Positions 1-8,898 of a stretch of DNA of 64,000 nt are shown piece by piece (the first letter of the stretch is position 1; the number at the start of each line of letters is the position of its first letter). Source of the DNA: Chthoniobacteraceae bacterium (GTDB lineage Bacteria; Verrucomicrobiota; Verrucomicrobiia; Chthoniobacterales; Chthoniobacteraceae); the NCBI GenBank assembly GCA_031409655.1, contig JANNXQ010000105.1, positions 10,387-74,386 on the forward strand, read 5' to 3'. A program made the position numbers and the translations under genes. The notes under the pieces are model-generated. The model was not told the origin of the DNA. It saw only the letters and a program-made list of their open reading frames with translations, and did no database searches.

Positions 1-880
1 GGGGCAAGACCCGGAAAGCCTGGCTGAGGCCCTGGAGGTCGAGGCCGGATTGCAGATGAAGATCGAGCGCGCGGGTCTCCGTGCCGTAGTTCCCGGTCAC
101 GCTCAAAGCGCCGACCGCGTCCGCCGCGGTGAACTGTTTCAGCTCCACGAATCTGTCGCGGTAGCAGGCCGCGACGTTGAGCTGACGCAGCAGATAGTTC
201 CCCCGCCGGATGCGCTCGCCCCAGAGGGCCGCTTCCACGAAGATTTTCTCCGGCGTCGCGAGGTCCCCGCTGAAGGTGATGCTGAGCGCGGGCGCCGCGG
301 CCTCGAACTTCAGCGCCTTCAATTCATCGATGACGCGCGCGATCAAAGGCGACGCGCTCTTTTGCTCCTCGTCGGGCTTCTTCGGGAACGCCTGCGGATT
401 GATAAAACGGCCTGAGGCCGAGACGCGGATGCCGAATACTTCCGCCTCGGCGCGAGCGAGATAGACCTGTTGCGGTGGGAGGAAAAGGCGCGCATTGAGG
501 CGTGCGACTTCGATCCGCGGACTGCGGGCATCGGAGGGATCGACGGGGAGCGCGAGATTCGCCTCCCGGAGATCGAGCGCGTCGAGGAAAGGCTCGCCCC
601 GCGCGAGATTCGCGTAGTTCACCTGCAGGCTCATCTCGTCGATCTCCGCCAGCACCCGCCGCCGGTCACGCGCATCGAGCACCTTCACTCCGCTGGCCAC
701 CAGGCCGCGCATCGGGTCGAGGGAAAGTTTGCGCAGATAGACTTCCACGCCGCGCTTGCGGAATTCCTCGGTGACCCGGAGCCGCCACTGTTTCGTGAAG
801 CCACGATGGTACAGGTACCAGGCCGACCCGATGAAGGCGGCGAGGAAGATGGTGAACAAAGTGAGCAGCACGCGCCGCAT
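1..880 (-). CDS. AsmA-like/DUF748-type envelope protein, N-terminal part (runs off window start)
   Basis: Not in the ORF track. Manual translation from ATG at 880 gives MRRVLLTLFTIFLAAFIGSAWYLYHRGFTKQWRLRVTEEFRKRGVEVYLRKLSLDPMRG..., an N-terminal TM anchor followed by beta-rich sequence. Confidence 0.6.
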   Translation of the reverse strand, partial: MRRVLLTLFTIFLAAFIGSAWYLYHRGFTKQWRLRVTEEFRKRGVEVYLRKLSLDPMRGLVASGVKVLDARDRRRVLAEIDEMSLQVNYANLARGEPFLDALDLREANLALPVDPSDARSPRIEVARLNARLFLPPQQVYLARAEAEVFGIRVSASGRFINPQAFPKKPDEEQKSASPLIARVIDELKALKFEAAAPALSITFSGDLATPEKIFVEAALWGERIRRGNYLLRQLNVAACYRDRFVELKQFTAADAVGALSVTGNYGTETRALDLHLQSGLDLQGLSQAFRVLP

Positions 881-965
881 GCGGGCGAATCTGCAAGGCG
901 GCGCGCAGGGTGTCGAGGGGGTGGATTCAAAGCGCGGCAAACCTGACTGGGAGCCCGGAGCAGAT

Positions 966-1015
966 TCGTCCTCGAAAGCGCAACGATCGAGGACGAGGAC
1001 GAGAACGAGCACGAG
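966..1015. repeat. Short hexamer repeat (GACGAG-like) with small inverted copy
   Basis: tcgtcctcga ... tcgaggacgaggacgagaacgagcacgag, intergenic. Confidence 0.5.
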
Positions 1016-1064
1016 CCGCCGCCTCCTTCCAGCGCCGCCCCTCCCGGCCCCTTGAAAATCGCCG

Positions 1065-1080
1065 TGGCATACGCGATGCT
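1065..1080 (+). promoter_or_regulatory. Putative sigma54 (-24/-12) promoter
   Basis: TGGCATACGCGATGCT (GG-N10-GC), ending 20 nt before the ATG at 1100. Confidence 0.5.
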
Positions 1081-1099
1081 CCCCCTCGGAAACCCCGAG

Positions 1100-1798
1100 A
1101 TGATTAAAGCAAATTGTCGGGATCGGTTCACTGCTGCGGACTTCGATTTTGTCGTCAAGACACTGGCGAGGTCTGAAAACGAGTCTGTCTCCCTGGGAGA
1201 CCTGCTCACAGATGACGGGACGCGGGATGCAATTCTCGATGCTCCGAAGCTCGTGGAGGCCGTCCTCGACGGCCGCGCCCCACTGAGCATTTCGCCACAG
1301 CTCTACTTCTACGTTTTGCTCAGACGTGTCTTAAAAGATGCAGGACTGAACGATCGTTCGGTCAGCGATTACGTCGCCTCGTTGCTCGCGACTTTTTCCG
1401 ATAGCGCGCGGATGCGGTCGCCTGCGGATGGCGCGACGGGGCCGCTGCAATATGTGAGCGACATGCTCATCGCGCTCCAGGCGGCCTCGCCGACGCAGAG
1501 CTTTCTGATCCGCGCGCACGTTGGGAATTACGCGCTCTTCATCACCGGGATTTTCCACGAGTCCGTGCAAAGTCGCTCGCAGCGCGGCGCGCCGGACCTG
1601 GAGTTTTATGAAGATGTGGGGCGCGCGAACTTTAAGGCGGCAGCGAGTCATCGTGTCGCCCGGTCGGCGGCGCTGAGCGGGGTGTATGAGCAGCTCGCGG
1701 AGCAATTTCACGACGTGCGCCTCGCGCTCAATCGGCTTTCGGACTCGATCCTGCACCTTGACGATGCCCACCCGCCCTTGATCGGCTCCGACGCATGA
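1100..1798 (+). CDS. Conserved hypothetical helical protein
   Basis: MIKANCRDRFTAADFDFV...HVGNYALFITGIF...FYEDVGRANF; ATGA overlap with the next gene. Confidence 0.75.
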   Translation: MIKANCRDRFTAADFDFVVKTLARSENESVSLGDLLTDDGTRDAILDAPKLVEAVLDGRAPLSISPQLYFYVLLRRVLKDAGLNDRSVSDYVASLLATFSDSARMRSPADGATGPLQYVSDMLIALQAASPTQSFLIRAHVGNYALFITGIFHESVQSRSQRGAPDLEFYEDVGRANFKAAASHRVARSAALSGVYEQLAEQFHDVRLALNRLSDSILHLDDAHPPLIGSDA

Positions 1799-2490
1799 GC
1801 GCCACGCTTTTCAGTGAGATCCAGCGGCTCTTTGAGCGGACTTACGCGGCCGTCGGGATCAATCTGGAAGACTGTCTCATCGACCGCCAGCGTTGCGGCC
1901 AGCTCAGCCGGCTGGCCGGCGCGTCGGCGCGGGAGTTGAGCGAGCTGGCGCGCACCTTTCTCCGCAAAGCGGACGGCCGGCTGCACATCGGCATCTACTA
2001 TTCGCAATGGCTCATCGAGCAGCTCGAGCGGCATGATCCGCGCCGCGGCTTGAGCGACGAGAATATCCGGTCGCTCATTCCCTTCGTGGAAGAGATCAAT
2101 CACGCGTTGCACGCGGCGCTCCAGTTTCAGCGGGGCGTCGAGGAGATCCAAAGCGAAGACTACGCGCGCAATCTGGAGCTGCAGGCCCAAGTCGATACCT
2201 ACCTCGTCCTGCTGCTCTTCGTGGCCTTCTTTCGAAAGACCCAGCGCATCTCCCGCACCGATCGGCGCTGGCTGCGTTTCCACCTTTTCTCACGGAATGA
2301 TCCGAACGCCTACTCATCGCCGAATCTCCGTGGCCGCTATCTCGAAACCACCGAACTCGCCGCGGGCTACACCCGCTATCTCGACGGTCTGAACGGCGCG
2401 CGGCGGGTGGATGAGATCCGCCTTTTCCATGCCCTGGACTATGGGGCGAAGCAGCAGCGCATCCTCGCGCTGATGGATGTGTCGCGTTGA
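1795..2490 (+). CDS. Conserved hypothetical protein with zincin-like EExxH...ELQAxVD motif
   Basis: FVEEINHALH...LELQAQVDTY; translationally coupled to the upstream gene. Confidence 0.75.
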   Translation: MSATLFSEIQRLFERTYAAVGINLEDCLIDRQRCGQLSRLAGASARELSELARTFLRKADGRLHIGIYYSQWLIEQLERHDPRRGLSDENIRSLIPFVEEINHALHAALQFQRGVEEIQSEDYARNLELQAQVDTYLVLLLFVAFFRKTQRISRTDRRWLRFHLFSRNDPNAYSSPNLRGRYLETTELAAGYTRYLDGLNGARRVDEIRLFHALDYGAKQQRILALMDVSR

Positions 2491-2574
2491 GTAATCGGTG
2501 ACCGTGCCCAGAAGACTTGAAGATGGTGGACAATAGGATTGTTCCTGGTCCGGGGGCATCTAGTGTGCCGCGGC

Positions 2575-4515
2575 ATGAAGCGTTCGCAGATCATTCCAGT
2601 GCTGCTCATGTTACTTGTCGCCTTTTCGCTGCGCTGGTGGTTGTCGGAATTTCACGAGGTGACGGTCGGAAATCGTGGACCCGAGCAGCCGGAGGACGGC
2701 TCGGGAATGCGCGACCGCTCCGCGATTTTGGCGCTGTCCGCTGCGCCTGCGTCACGAATCGCCCCCGTTTTGTTTCCACCGGATTCTCCAGTGTCCTCTC
2801 ATCCGGTCGAGCGCGCGGCTGCTTCGGGTGTCGTCCTTGAGACCCGAGTGGAAGCGACGGAGCGCGTCGGTCGGTGGCTGCGCAGCCGGTTGCTGCAAAC
2901 GGAGATTCAGCCGCGCCCGGTGCGCGTGGTGGAGCATTGGGAAGTGGACGCGAGTGGCCACTCCTGGGTCTGTGTGGGGCGCAATATGTATCTTGCAGAT
3001 CAATTGATCGTGAAAGTGCGACCGGGCTTGAGTGAGGTGGCGCTGCGCGAGCGACTGGCGACCCTCGGGATGCAAATCGAGAGCCGACTCGCCAGGGAGG
3101 TGTTTTCCGTGCGCCTGCCGGAAGCGAAGCTGGACACGGTGCCCGAGGCCATCCGGTTGCTTTCCGCGCATCCGGAACTCGCGGAGTCCGCCGAGCCAGA
3201 TGGCGTGGGTTTTGGTGCTGGGCTGCCGAACGATTCGCGCTTCGGCGAGCAGTGGGGCCTCCACAACACCGGTCAATCCGGCGGGATCGCGGATGCCGAC
3301 GTCGATGCGCCGGAATTCTGGGATATCCTCGAAAGTGCTCCGGGAATCATGGTCGCGGTGCTCGACTCGGGCCTGAACTTCACGCATCCCGATTTGCAGG
3401 GCGTCGCCTGGGTGAATCCGGGCGAGATTCCAGGCGACGGTCTCGACAACGATGGCAGCGGGAAGGTGGACGACATCAATGGCTGGGATTTCGTGAACAA
3501 CGACAACAACCCCACCGACGATCACGGCCATGGCTCGAACGTCACTGGCATCACCGCGGCGAACCGGAACAATGCAACGGGCATCGCCGGCCTGGTCAGT
3601 GGAGTGCGGATCGTGGTCTGTAAGATTTTGAATTCCAGCAACAGCGGGACGACCTCGAATCTGATTGCCGCCACGACCTATGCCCGTCTCCGCGGAGTGC
3701 CGGTGATGAATCTTTCGCTCCAAAACTATCCCTTCAGCACGACGCTGAACACAGAGTTCACTGCCTGCCAGACGGCCGGCATCCTGCTCGCGATCTGCGC
3801 GGGCAATCAGGGTGTGAACAACGACACCACGCCGAACTACCCGAGCAGCTATCCGCACCCAAACATCATCGCCGTCGGCAATCACGATCGCACCGATGTC
3901 CGTTGGGCCGGATCTTTCAATCCCTCGAACTTTGGCCTGACCAGCGTGGACCTCTTCGCGCCTGGTCGCGAAATCCTCAGCCCGGTCCTCGGCACCTCTT
4001 ACTCCTCCTACACTGGGACGTCGCAGGCAGCGCCTTTTGTCACTGCCCTCGCCGCGGCGATTAAGTTCGTGCATCCCTCGTGGCAAGCGGCGGAGATCAA
4101 GGGCAGCATCCTCGCGGCGGGTGTTCCGGTTTCCAGCTACAGCGGCCTTTGTGTGACGGGCGCACGGCTCAATGCGGTGTCCGCTCTCGCGCAAGCTTTC
4201 CGCCAGTCGCCGTTCCGAGACAGCGATGGCGATGGGTTCTCCGACCTTTTCGAGTATCTCGCCGGTTCACGGGTGGATCAGGTGGCCAGTCAGCCCGTGG
4301 TTTTCACCAGCAGCGTGGGAGGGTTTTTCCGTGTCGGGGTTTCGCGCGTGGCGCGCTCTGACGCCCACCTGGCGGTGGAGACCTCGCCAGATCTGCTTTC
4401 GTGGACGACGACCGGCATCACCGATTTTAGTTCGATAGATACGCTGCTCGGGGGAATTTCGCTCTCCGGCGCGCCGCGTGGTTTTGTCCGAATCCAGGCG
4501 TTCCCCACGCCGTAG
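2575..4515 (+). CDS. Secreted subtilisin-like S8 serine peptidase
   Basis: N-terminal hydrophobic segment; triad motifs VAVLDSG, DHGHGSNVTG and GTSQAAP; AGN oxyanion motif. Confidence 0.92.
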   Translation: MKRSQIIPVLLMLLVAFSLRWWLSEFHEVTVGNRGPEQPEDGSGMRDRSAILALSAAPASRIAPVLFPPDSPVSSHPVERAAASGVVLETRVEATERVGRWLRSRLLQTEIQPRPVRVVEHWEVDASGHSWVCVGRNMYLADQLIVKVRPGLSEVALRERLATLGMQIESRLAREVFSVRLPEAKLDTVPEAIRLLSAHPELAESAEPDGVGFGAGLPNDSRFGEQWGLHNTGQSGGIADADVDAPEFWDILESAPGIMVAVLDSGLNFTHPDLQGVAWVNPGEIPGDGLDNDGSGKVDDINGWDFVNNDNNPTDDHGHGSNVTGITAANRNNATGIAGLVSGVRIVVCKILNSSNSGTTSNLIAATTYARLRGVPVMNLSLQNYPFSTTLNTEFTACQTAGILLAICAGNQGVNNDTTPNYPSSYPHPNIIAVGNHDRTDVRWAGSFNPSNFGLTSVDLFAPGREILSPVLGTSYSSYTGTSQAAPFVTALAAAIKFVHPSWQAAEIKGSILAAGVPVSSYSGLCVTGARLNAVSALAQAFRQSPFRDSDGDGFSDLFEYLAGSRVDQVASQPVVFTSSVGGFFRVGVSRVARSDAHLAVETSPDLLSWTTTGITDFSSIDTLLGGISLSGAPRGFVRIQAFPTP

Positions 4516-4571
4516 GGCGCAGGCGCACTCCTCGCTCGACTCACTGCTGCGTGCTGCCAAAGTGCGCCGCG

Positions 4572-5357
4572 ATGATCCACCTCACCATTCTCGGCAGCGG
4601 CAGCGCGGGCAATTGCGCGCTCGTCGAGGCGGGGCGGACACGACTGCTGATCGATGGCGGACTGAGTGCGCGGCAGATCGCGGTGCGGCTCGCGCAGTGC
4701 GGGATCAATCCCATCGAGATCGACGGCATCCTGCTCACCCACGAACACATCGATCACGCTGGCGGGCTCGATGTCTGGTGCAAACAGTCGGCGACGCCGA
4801 TCTACTGCAACCGACTGACCGCCGAGGTGCTCCAGACGCCGCGGACGGAGCTGCGCAAGGATTGGCGCTACTTTGTCACCGGGTCCGAGTTCACCGTCGG
4901 CGACATCACCATCGAGACTTTCCCGGTGCCGCACGACGCCGTCGAGCCGGTCGGCTTTCTTCTCCATCACGGCAATGTCGCGCTCGGTTTCCTGACCGAT
5001 CTGGGCACCGTGACGAAGCTCGTCCAGGAGCGCATCCGCCACGCGCACACCCTGGCGATCGAAACGAATCACGACGAGAAGTTGCTGCAAAATGACACGA
5101 AGCGTCCGTGGAGCGTGAAGCAGCGGATCATGTCGCGTCACGGTCATCTCTCGAACACCGCCGCCGCCAACGTCCTCGCGGAATGCGCTGGATCGAATCT
5201 CCGCCGTGCGGTGCTCGGGCATCTCAGCCGCGACTGCAACTCACCGGAACTGGCCGTCGGCACAGTGCGCGCGCGGCTGGCGGAATGTGGTGCCTCCGAG
5301 ATCGACGTCATCTGCGCTACGCAGCGCGAGATCACCGCACGCTTCGAGGTGGCGTAA
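4572..5357 (+). CDS. MBL-fold metallo-hydrolase (YycJ/WalJ-like)
   Basis: GSGSAGN, THEHIDH, PHDA, TDLG, ETNHD, GHLSN and HLS motifs. Confidence 0.9.
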   Translation: MIHLTILGSGSAGNCALVEAGRTRLLIDGGLSARQIAVRLAQCGINPIEIDGILLTHEHIDHAGGLDVWCKQSATPIYCNRLTAEVLQTPRTELRKDWRYFVTGSEFTVGDITIETFPVPHDAVEPVGFLLHHGNVALGFLTDLGTVTKLVQERIRHAHTLAIETNHDEKLLQNDTKRPWSVKQRIMSRHGHLSNTAAANVLAECAGSNLRRAVLGHLSRDCNSPELAVGTVRARLAECGASEIDVICATQREITARFEVA

Positions 5358-5360
5358 TTT

Positions 5361-5467
5361 TGGAGGGACACGCTCCGTCGTGTCCCTGATCTCCTCGGGC
5401 AGCGGCGGAGCGGAGCCCGCCACCTCCGCCCGCCAAAGTTTGGGACACGACGGAGCGTGTCCCTCCA
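5361..5467. repeat. REP-like doublet (perfect 26-bp inverted repeats, each internally palindromic); possible bidirectional terminator
   Basis: tggagggacacgctccgtcgtgtccc (5361-5386) and its exact reverse complement (5442-5467), between convergent genes. Confidence 0.85.
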
Positions 5468-5470
5468 GGA

Positions 5471-6268
5471 TCAATGCGCCTTCACTTCGTCCCAGAGCTT
5501 GTCGAGTTCGGCGAGCGGCAGACCTTCGAGGGTGATGCTGCGTTCGCGAGCCAGAGTTTCGACGGCGCGGAAACGGCCGCTGAATTTCTCCGTCGCGCGA
5601 TGCAGCGCGGGCTCGGCGTCGATCTTCAGTTTGCGCGCCAGATTCACCACCGAGAAAAGGACGTCGCCGATTTCATCCTCCAGCTTTGCGGGATCGCCGA
5701 GCACGGCCTCCACTTCCGCGAGTTCCTCCCGCACTTTGGCAAAGACCGGCGCCGCGTCCGCCCAATCGAACCCGACCTTCGCCGCCTTCTTCTGCACCTT
5801 TTGCGCCCGCATCAACGCCGGCAGTCCGACGGGCAAACCGTCGAGCACCGATTCCGGCGCATTCCCCTTTTCCGCGCGCTTGATTTCGTCCCACTTGAGC
5901 AAGACATCCGCCGCATCCACGCACTGATCATTCCCGAAGACATGCGGATGCCGCCGTACCAGTTTTGCCGAGACCTCGCGCGCCACGGCATCGAATTCGA
6001 AGCGTCCCTCGTCCCGCGCGATCTGCGCATGGAAGACCACCTGCAGGAGCAGATCGCCGAGTTCTTCGCGCAGATTCGCGTCGTCGCGCGCATCGATCGC
6101 CGCGGCAACTTCATACGCTTCCTCGATCAACCCAGCGCGCAGCGAACCGTGCGTCTGCTCCTGATCCCACGGACATCCGCCAGGCCCGCGCAGCTTCGCG
6201 ATGATGTCGAGGAGTTGGTCGATCCCAGGGGACTGCGTGTCGGGTGGTGAAAGTTTGGGCGTATCCAT
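5471..6268 (-). CDS. mazG: Nucleoside triphosphate pyrophosphohydrolase MazG
   Basis: LRGPGGCPWDQEQT, EEAYE, EELGDLL, KLVRRHPHVF, GFDW, DEIGD; two MazG domains. Confidence 0.95.
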   Translation of the reverse strand: MDTPKLSPPDTQSPGIDQLLDIIAKLRGPGGCPWDQEQTHGSLRAGLIEEAYEVAAAIDARDDANLREELGDLLLQVVFHAQIARDEGRFEFDAVAREVSAKLVRRHPHVFGNDQCVDAADVLLKWDEIKRAEKGNAPESVLDGLPVGLPALMRAQKVQKKAAKVGFDWADAAPVFAKVREELAEVEAVLGDPAKLEDEIGDVLFSVVNLARKLKIDAEPALHRATEKFSGRFRAVETLARERSITLEGLPLAELDKLWDEVKAH

Positions 6269-6352
6269 GAAGAAGAAAGTGAAAGGTGCCTCGGTGGCAT
6301 CGAGATCCGCAATCAAGATTGCGCCAAGAGCGTCCCCTCGTAAGCTCTCGTC

Positions 6353-6583
6353 ATGATTCAGAAGCTGCGTGAGTTACTGGACGCCAATCCGTTTCAGCCT
6401 TTCCATGTCAACCTCGCTGACGGTCGCAAATTCGCCATCGCTTCACCCGATATGATCTGGATGCCCGCGGAGGGCCGCGGCGGATTGCACATTTTCGTTC
6501 CGGAAGAGGACCGCATTGTGAGCGTGAATCTCCTCCTGCTGACCTCCGTGGACTGGGCAGCGCCGGCGGGAGCGCGCGAGTAG
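6353..6583 (+). CDS. Small hypothetical protein (PFxPF...DG type, common in PVC bacteria)
   Basis: MIQKLRELLDANPFQPFHVNLADGRKF; TTGCGC-16-TAAGCT promoter-like motif just upstream. Confidence 0.7.
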   Translation: MIQKLRELLDANPFQPFHVNLADGRKFAIASPDMIWMPAEGRGGLHIFVPEEDRIVSVNLLLLTSVDWAAPAGARE

Positions 6584-6596
6584 CGCCGACCCTGAG

Positions 6597-7280
6597 TCAG
6601 ATCCGCCAGAGCGAGCGGTGGGTGCCGAATTCGCTGATCTCGCCGCTCGATCGCCGACTCACGTAGATCGTGATCCCGACCACGGTGGCAAAGGTGGCGA
6701 CGACGATGAAGGCCACCAGCCAGCTCGGGATGGAAGTGCCGACGTGGAGCGCGGCGTAGAAAGACGCGAGGGAATCGATCTTCGGATCCGCGTGCAGGAA
6801 GATTTTCGTGATCCACGCGACGAGCACGATGATGAAGATGAAAATGTAGTTCCGTTTCAGGCGGCGTCCGAGCGCTTCGAGGCGGCTGATCTTGAAACTC
6901 GGCAGGAGCAAATCTTCGCAGACCAGTTTCTGCCATTCGCCCTGCAGCATGCCGGTATTTTGCGAGACGATCGGCACGAGGAAGTGGGCCTCGAGCATTC
7001 GCACTCGCGCGCGGAAGGCATCGTAGAACCGGTACCGGCGGGCCTCGATCCAGAGCAGCATCCAGACGACCGCGATATTGAAAAAGAAGATGAGGTGCGG
7101 CACGTCGCGGAACGAAAAGGCGATCGTGAAAATGGAGGAAGTGACCGTGATCGCCCAACTCGTCGTGACATCGAGCCGCTGCCGCCAGGACATGATCCGC
7201 CCGAGTTCACCCCGGTAAAAATGCGACATCGCCGTGATGTAGCTGGAGTCGAACTTTGGCGGAGAGGGTACGTCGGGCAT
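6597..7280 (-). CDS. DUF2270 family membrane protein
   Basis: HFYRGELGRIMSWRQRLDVTTSW, EARRYRFYD and RRLKRNY motifs; four TM segments. Confidence 0.88.
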   Translation of the reverse strand: MPDVPSPPKFDSSYITAMSHFYRGELGRIMSWRQRLDVTTSWAITVTSSIFTIAFSFRDVPHLIFFFNIAVVWMLLWIEARRYRFYDAFRARVRMLEAHFLVPIVSQNTGMLQGEWQKLVCEDLLLPSFKISRLEALGRRLKRNYIFIFIIVLVAWITKIFLHADPKIDSLASFYAALHVGTSIPSWLVAFIVVATFATVVGITIYVSRRSSGEISEFGTHRSLWRI

Positions 7281-7443
7281 GGACGGAGGATTTTGCCGTG
7301 GGAGGAAGTTCGCCGGATGCTGCGGCCGCATCCTCACCAGTGGCATCCGGAATCTGCCAGCCACGGTCGCTGCTCCAAAGGATTTTCTGCGACTGCGCTC
7401 GCCGCTTGGCACTGGAGCGTTCCCTTGGCACCTTCCCCGTCCC

Positions 7444-8898
7444 ATGGCCCACCCGCCGCGCTGGCAGCTTGCCGACCTCCTCGATTTTGAATCCCTGCTC
7501 GCGGCTGATGCTGCGGGCCCGGAGGAGATGGTGCGGGCGCGGGATCGCGAGATTTTTGCACGGGAGATCGCGTCCCGGGACGAAGCCGCAAAGCTGGATC
7601 GCCCGGCGGTTTTCCATCGCTGGCTGGAAGCGCGGCGCAAACAGGAAAGCGCCGGGTTGCCGGGTGAGGCCGTGCGCGCGGGCTGGGAGACGCTGCTCGT
7701 GCTGGCGGTGCTTGGCGGGCTGATGCTGGGCTCTGGGGTGGGCGCGGCGGTACTGCGGTATTCGGGGGGCGAGCCGGTGAATGTCGCGGTCTTCCTCGGG
7801 GCGTTGCTCGGGCCGCAGTTTCTTTTGCCGCTGGTTTTCGCGGCGCTGGGGCTGCTCCTGCGCTGGCGGGTGGGGCAGACGGCCTTCTCTCGCGCCTTGC
7901 TCTGGCTCGGGATGCAGTTGCGCCGGCTGCCAGGTGAGCAGCGGGTGCGCGTGCAGACGGCGCTGGCGGCGCTGGAGCGGCGGCGGGACATCTACGGCTC
8001 GCTGGGAAAGTGGCCGATGCTCATCGCCACCCAGGTCTTTGCGGTCGCTTTCAATGTCGGTGCGCTCGGGGCCCTGCTCGCGCATGTGCCGACGCGCGAA
8101 CTGCGCTTCGGCTGGCAGACGACCCTCGAAGTTTCCTCCGCCCAAGTCGCCCCGGTGGTCGCGTTCGCGGCGTTGCCGTGGAGCTGGGCGCCGGCCGCGC
8201 AGCCGACGATTGAGCAGATCGTCGCGACGCGCTTTGCGCCCGGGCAATCCCTCGCCACGCTGCCCGGTGCGGCGGCGCGCGCCTGGTGGCCTTTCCTCGC
8301 GTATGCGATCGGCTGCTACGGGCTGGTCCTCCGCGGGACCGTGCTGATCTTTGCGCTCTGGCGGCTGCGGGCGGCGTTGGGTGGGCTGCGCTTCGATCAC
8401 GCGGAGGCCAATGCCCTTTGGCGCCGGCTCACTGGGCCGCTGATGGCTGCGCCCGCCGAGACGGCAGCCCTGATGATTCCGGCGACGTCGGAAAGTGACA
8501 CGCTGAAGACCCACGCGGGTGGCGCGATCTGGTTGCTCGTGGCGAATGAGTGCGCGCCCTCGGATGCCGATCTCGTGGGTGCGGCTGGACGGGCGCACGG
8601 CTGGCAGGCGACACGGACCGAGCGGGTGAAGATCGACAGCCGCCACGCGGCAGCCGCGCTCGTCGCCGAACTGGCGGCGGCTCCGATGCGACCGACGGCG
8701 GTGGTCGTCGCCGTGCCGGCGGAACGCGACCCCATCGTGGCCATCGGGCTCTTTCTTCGCGAAGTGCAGCAGGCCGCGGCCAAAGCGGAAGTGCTCGTGT
8801 GGTTGGTGGGTGGGTCGCCAGAGCGGGGAAAATTCTGGCGCGACTTTCTCGCCATCCAGCGCCTCCCGATCGGCATCGAAGCCGCGCCCATCGTATGA
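7444..8898 (+). CDS. DUF2868-type membrane protein
   Basis: EPVNV, FGWQTTL, WWPFL..YGLVLR motifs; several TM segments; overlaps the start of the GTPase gene. Confidence 0.8.
   Translation: MAHPPRWQLADLLDFESLLAADAAGPEEMVRARDREIFAREIASRDEAAKLDRPAVFHRWLEARRKQESAGLPGEAVRAGWETLLVLAVLGGLMLGSGVGAAVLRYSGGEPVNVAVFLGALLGPQFLLPLVFAALGLLLRWRVGQTAFSRALLWLGMQLRRLPGEQRVRVQTALAALERRRDIYGSLGKWPMLIATQVFAVAFNVGALGALLAHVPTRELRFGWQTTLEVSSAQVAPVVAFAALPWSWAPAAQPTIEQIVATRFAPGQSLATLPGAAARAWWPFLAYAIGCYGLVLRGTVLIFALWRLRAALGGLRFDHAEANALWRRLTGPLMAAPAETAALMIPATSESDTLKTHAGGAIWLLVANECAPSDADLVGAAGRAHGWQATRTERVKIDSRHAAAALVAELAAAPMRPTAVVVAVPAERDPIVAIGLFLREVQQAAAKAEVLVWLVGGSPERGKFWRDFLAIQRLPIGIEAAPIV

Noticed and set aside
5471..6583. 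MazG plus small ORF as an anti-phage or toxin-antitoxin module
   Set aside because: MazG is the housekeeping tandem-domain type, and the small gene is divergent with no toxin motif.
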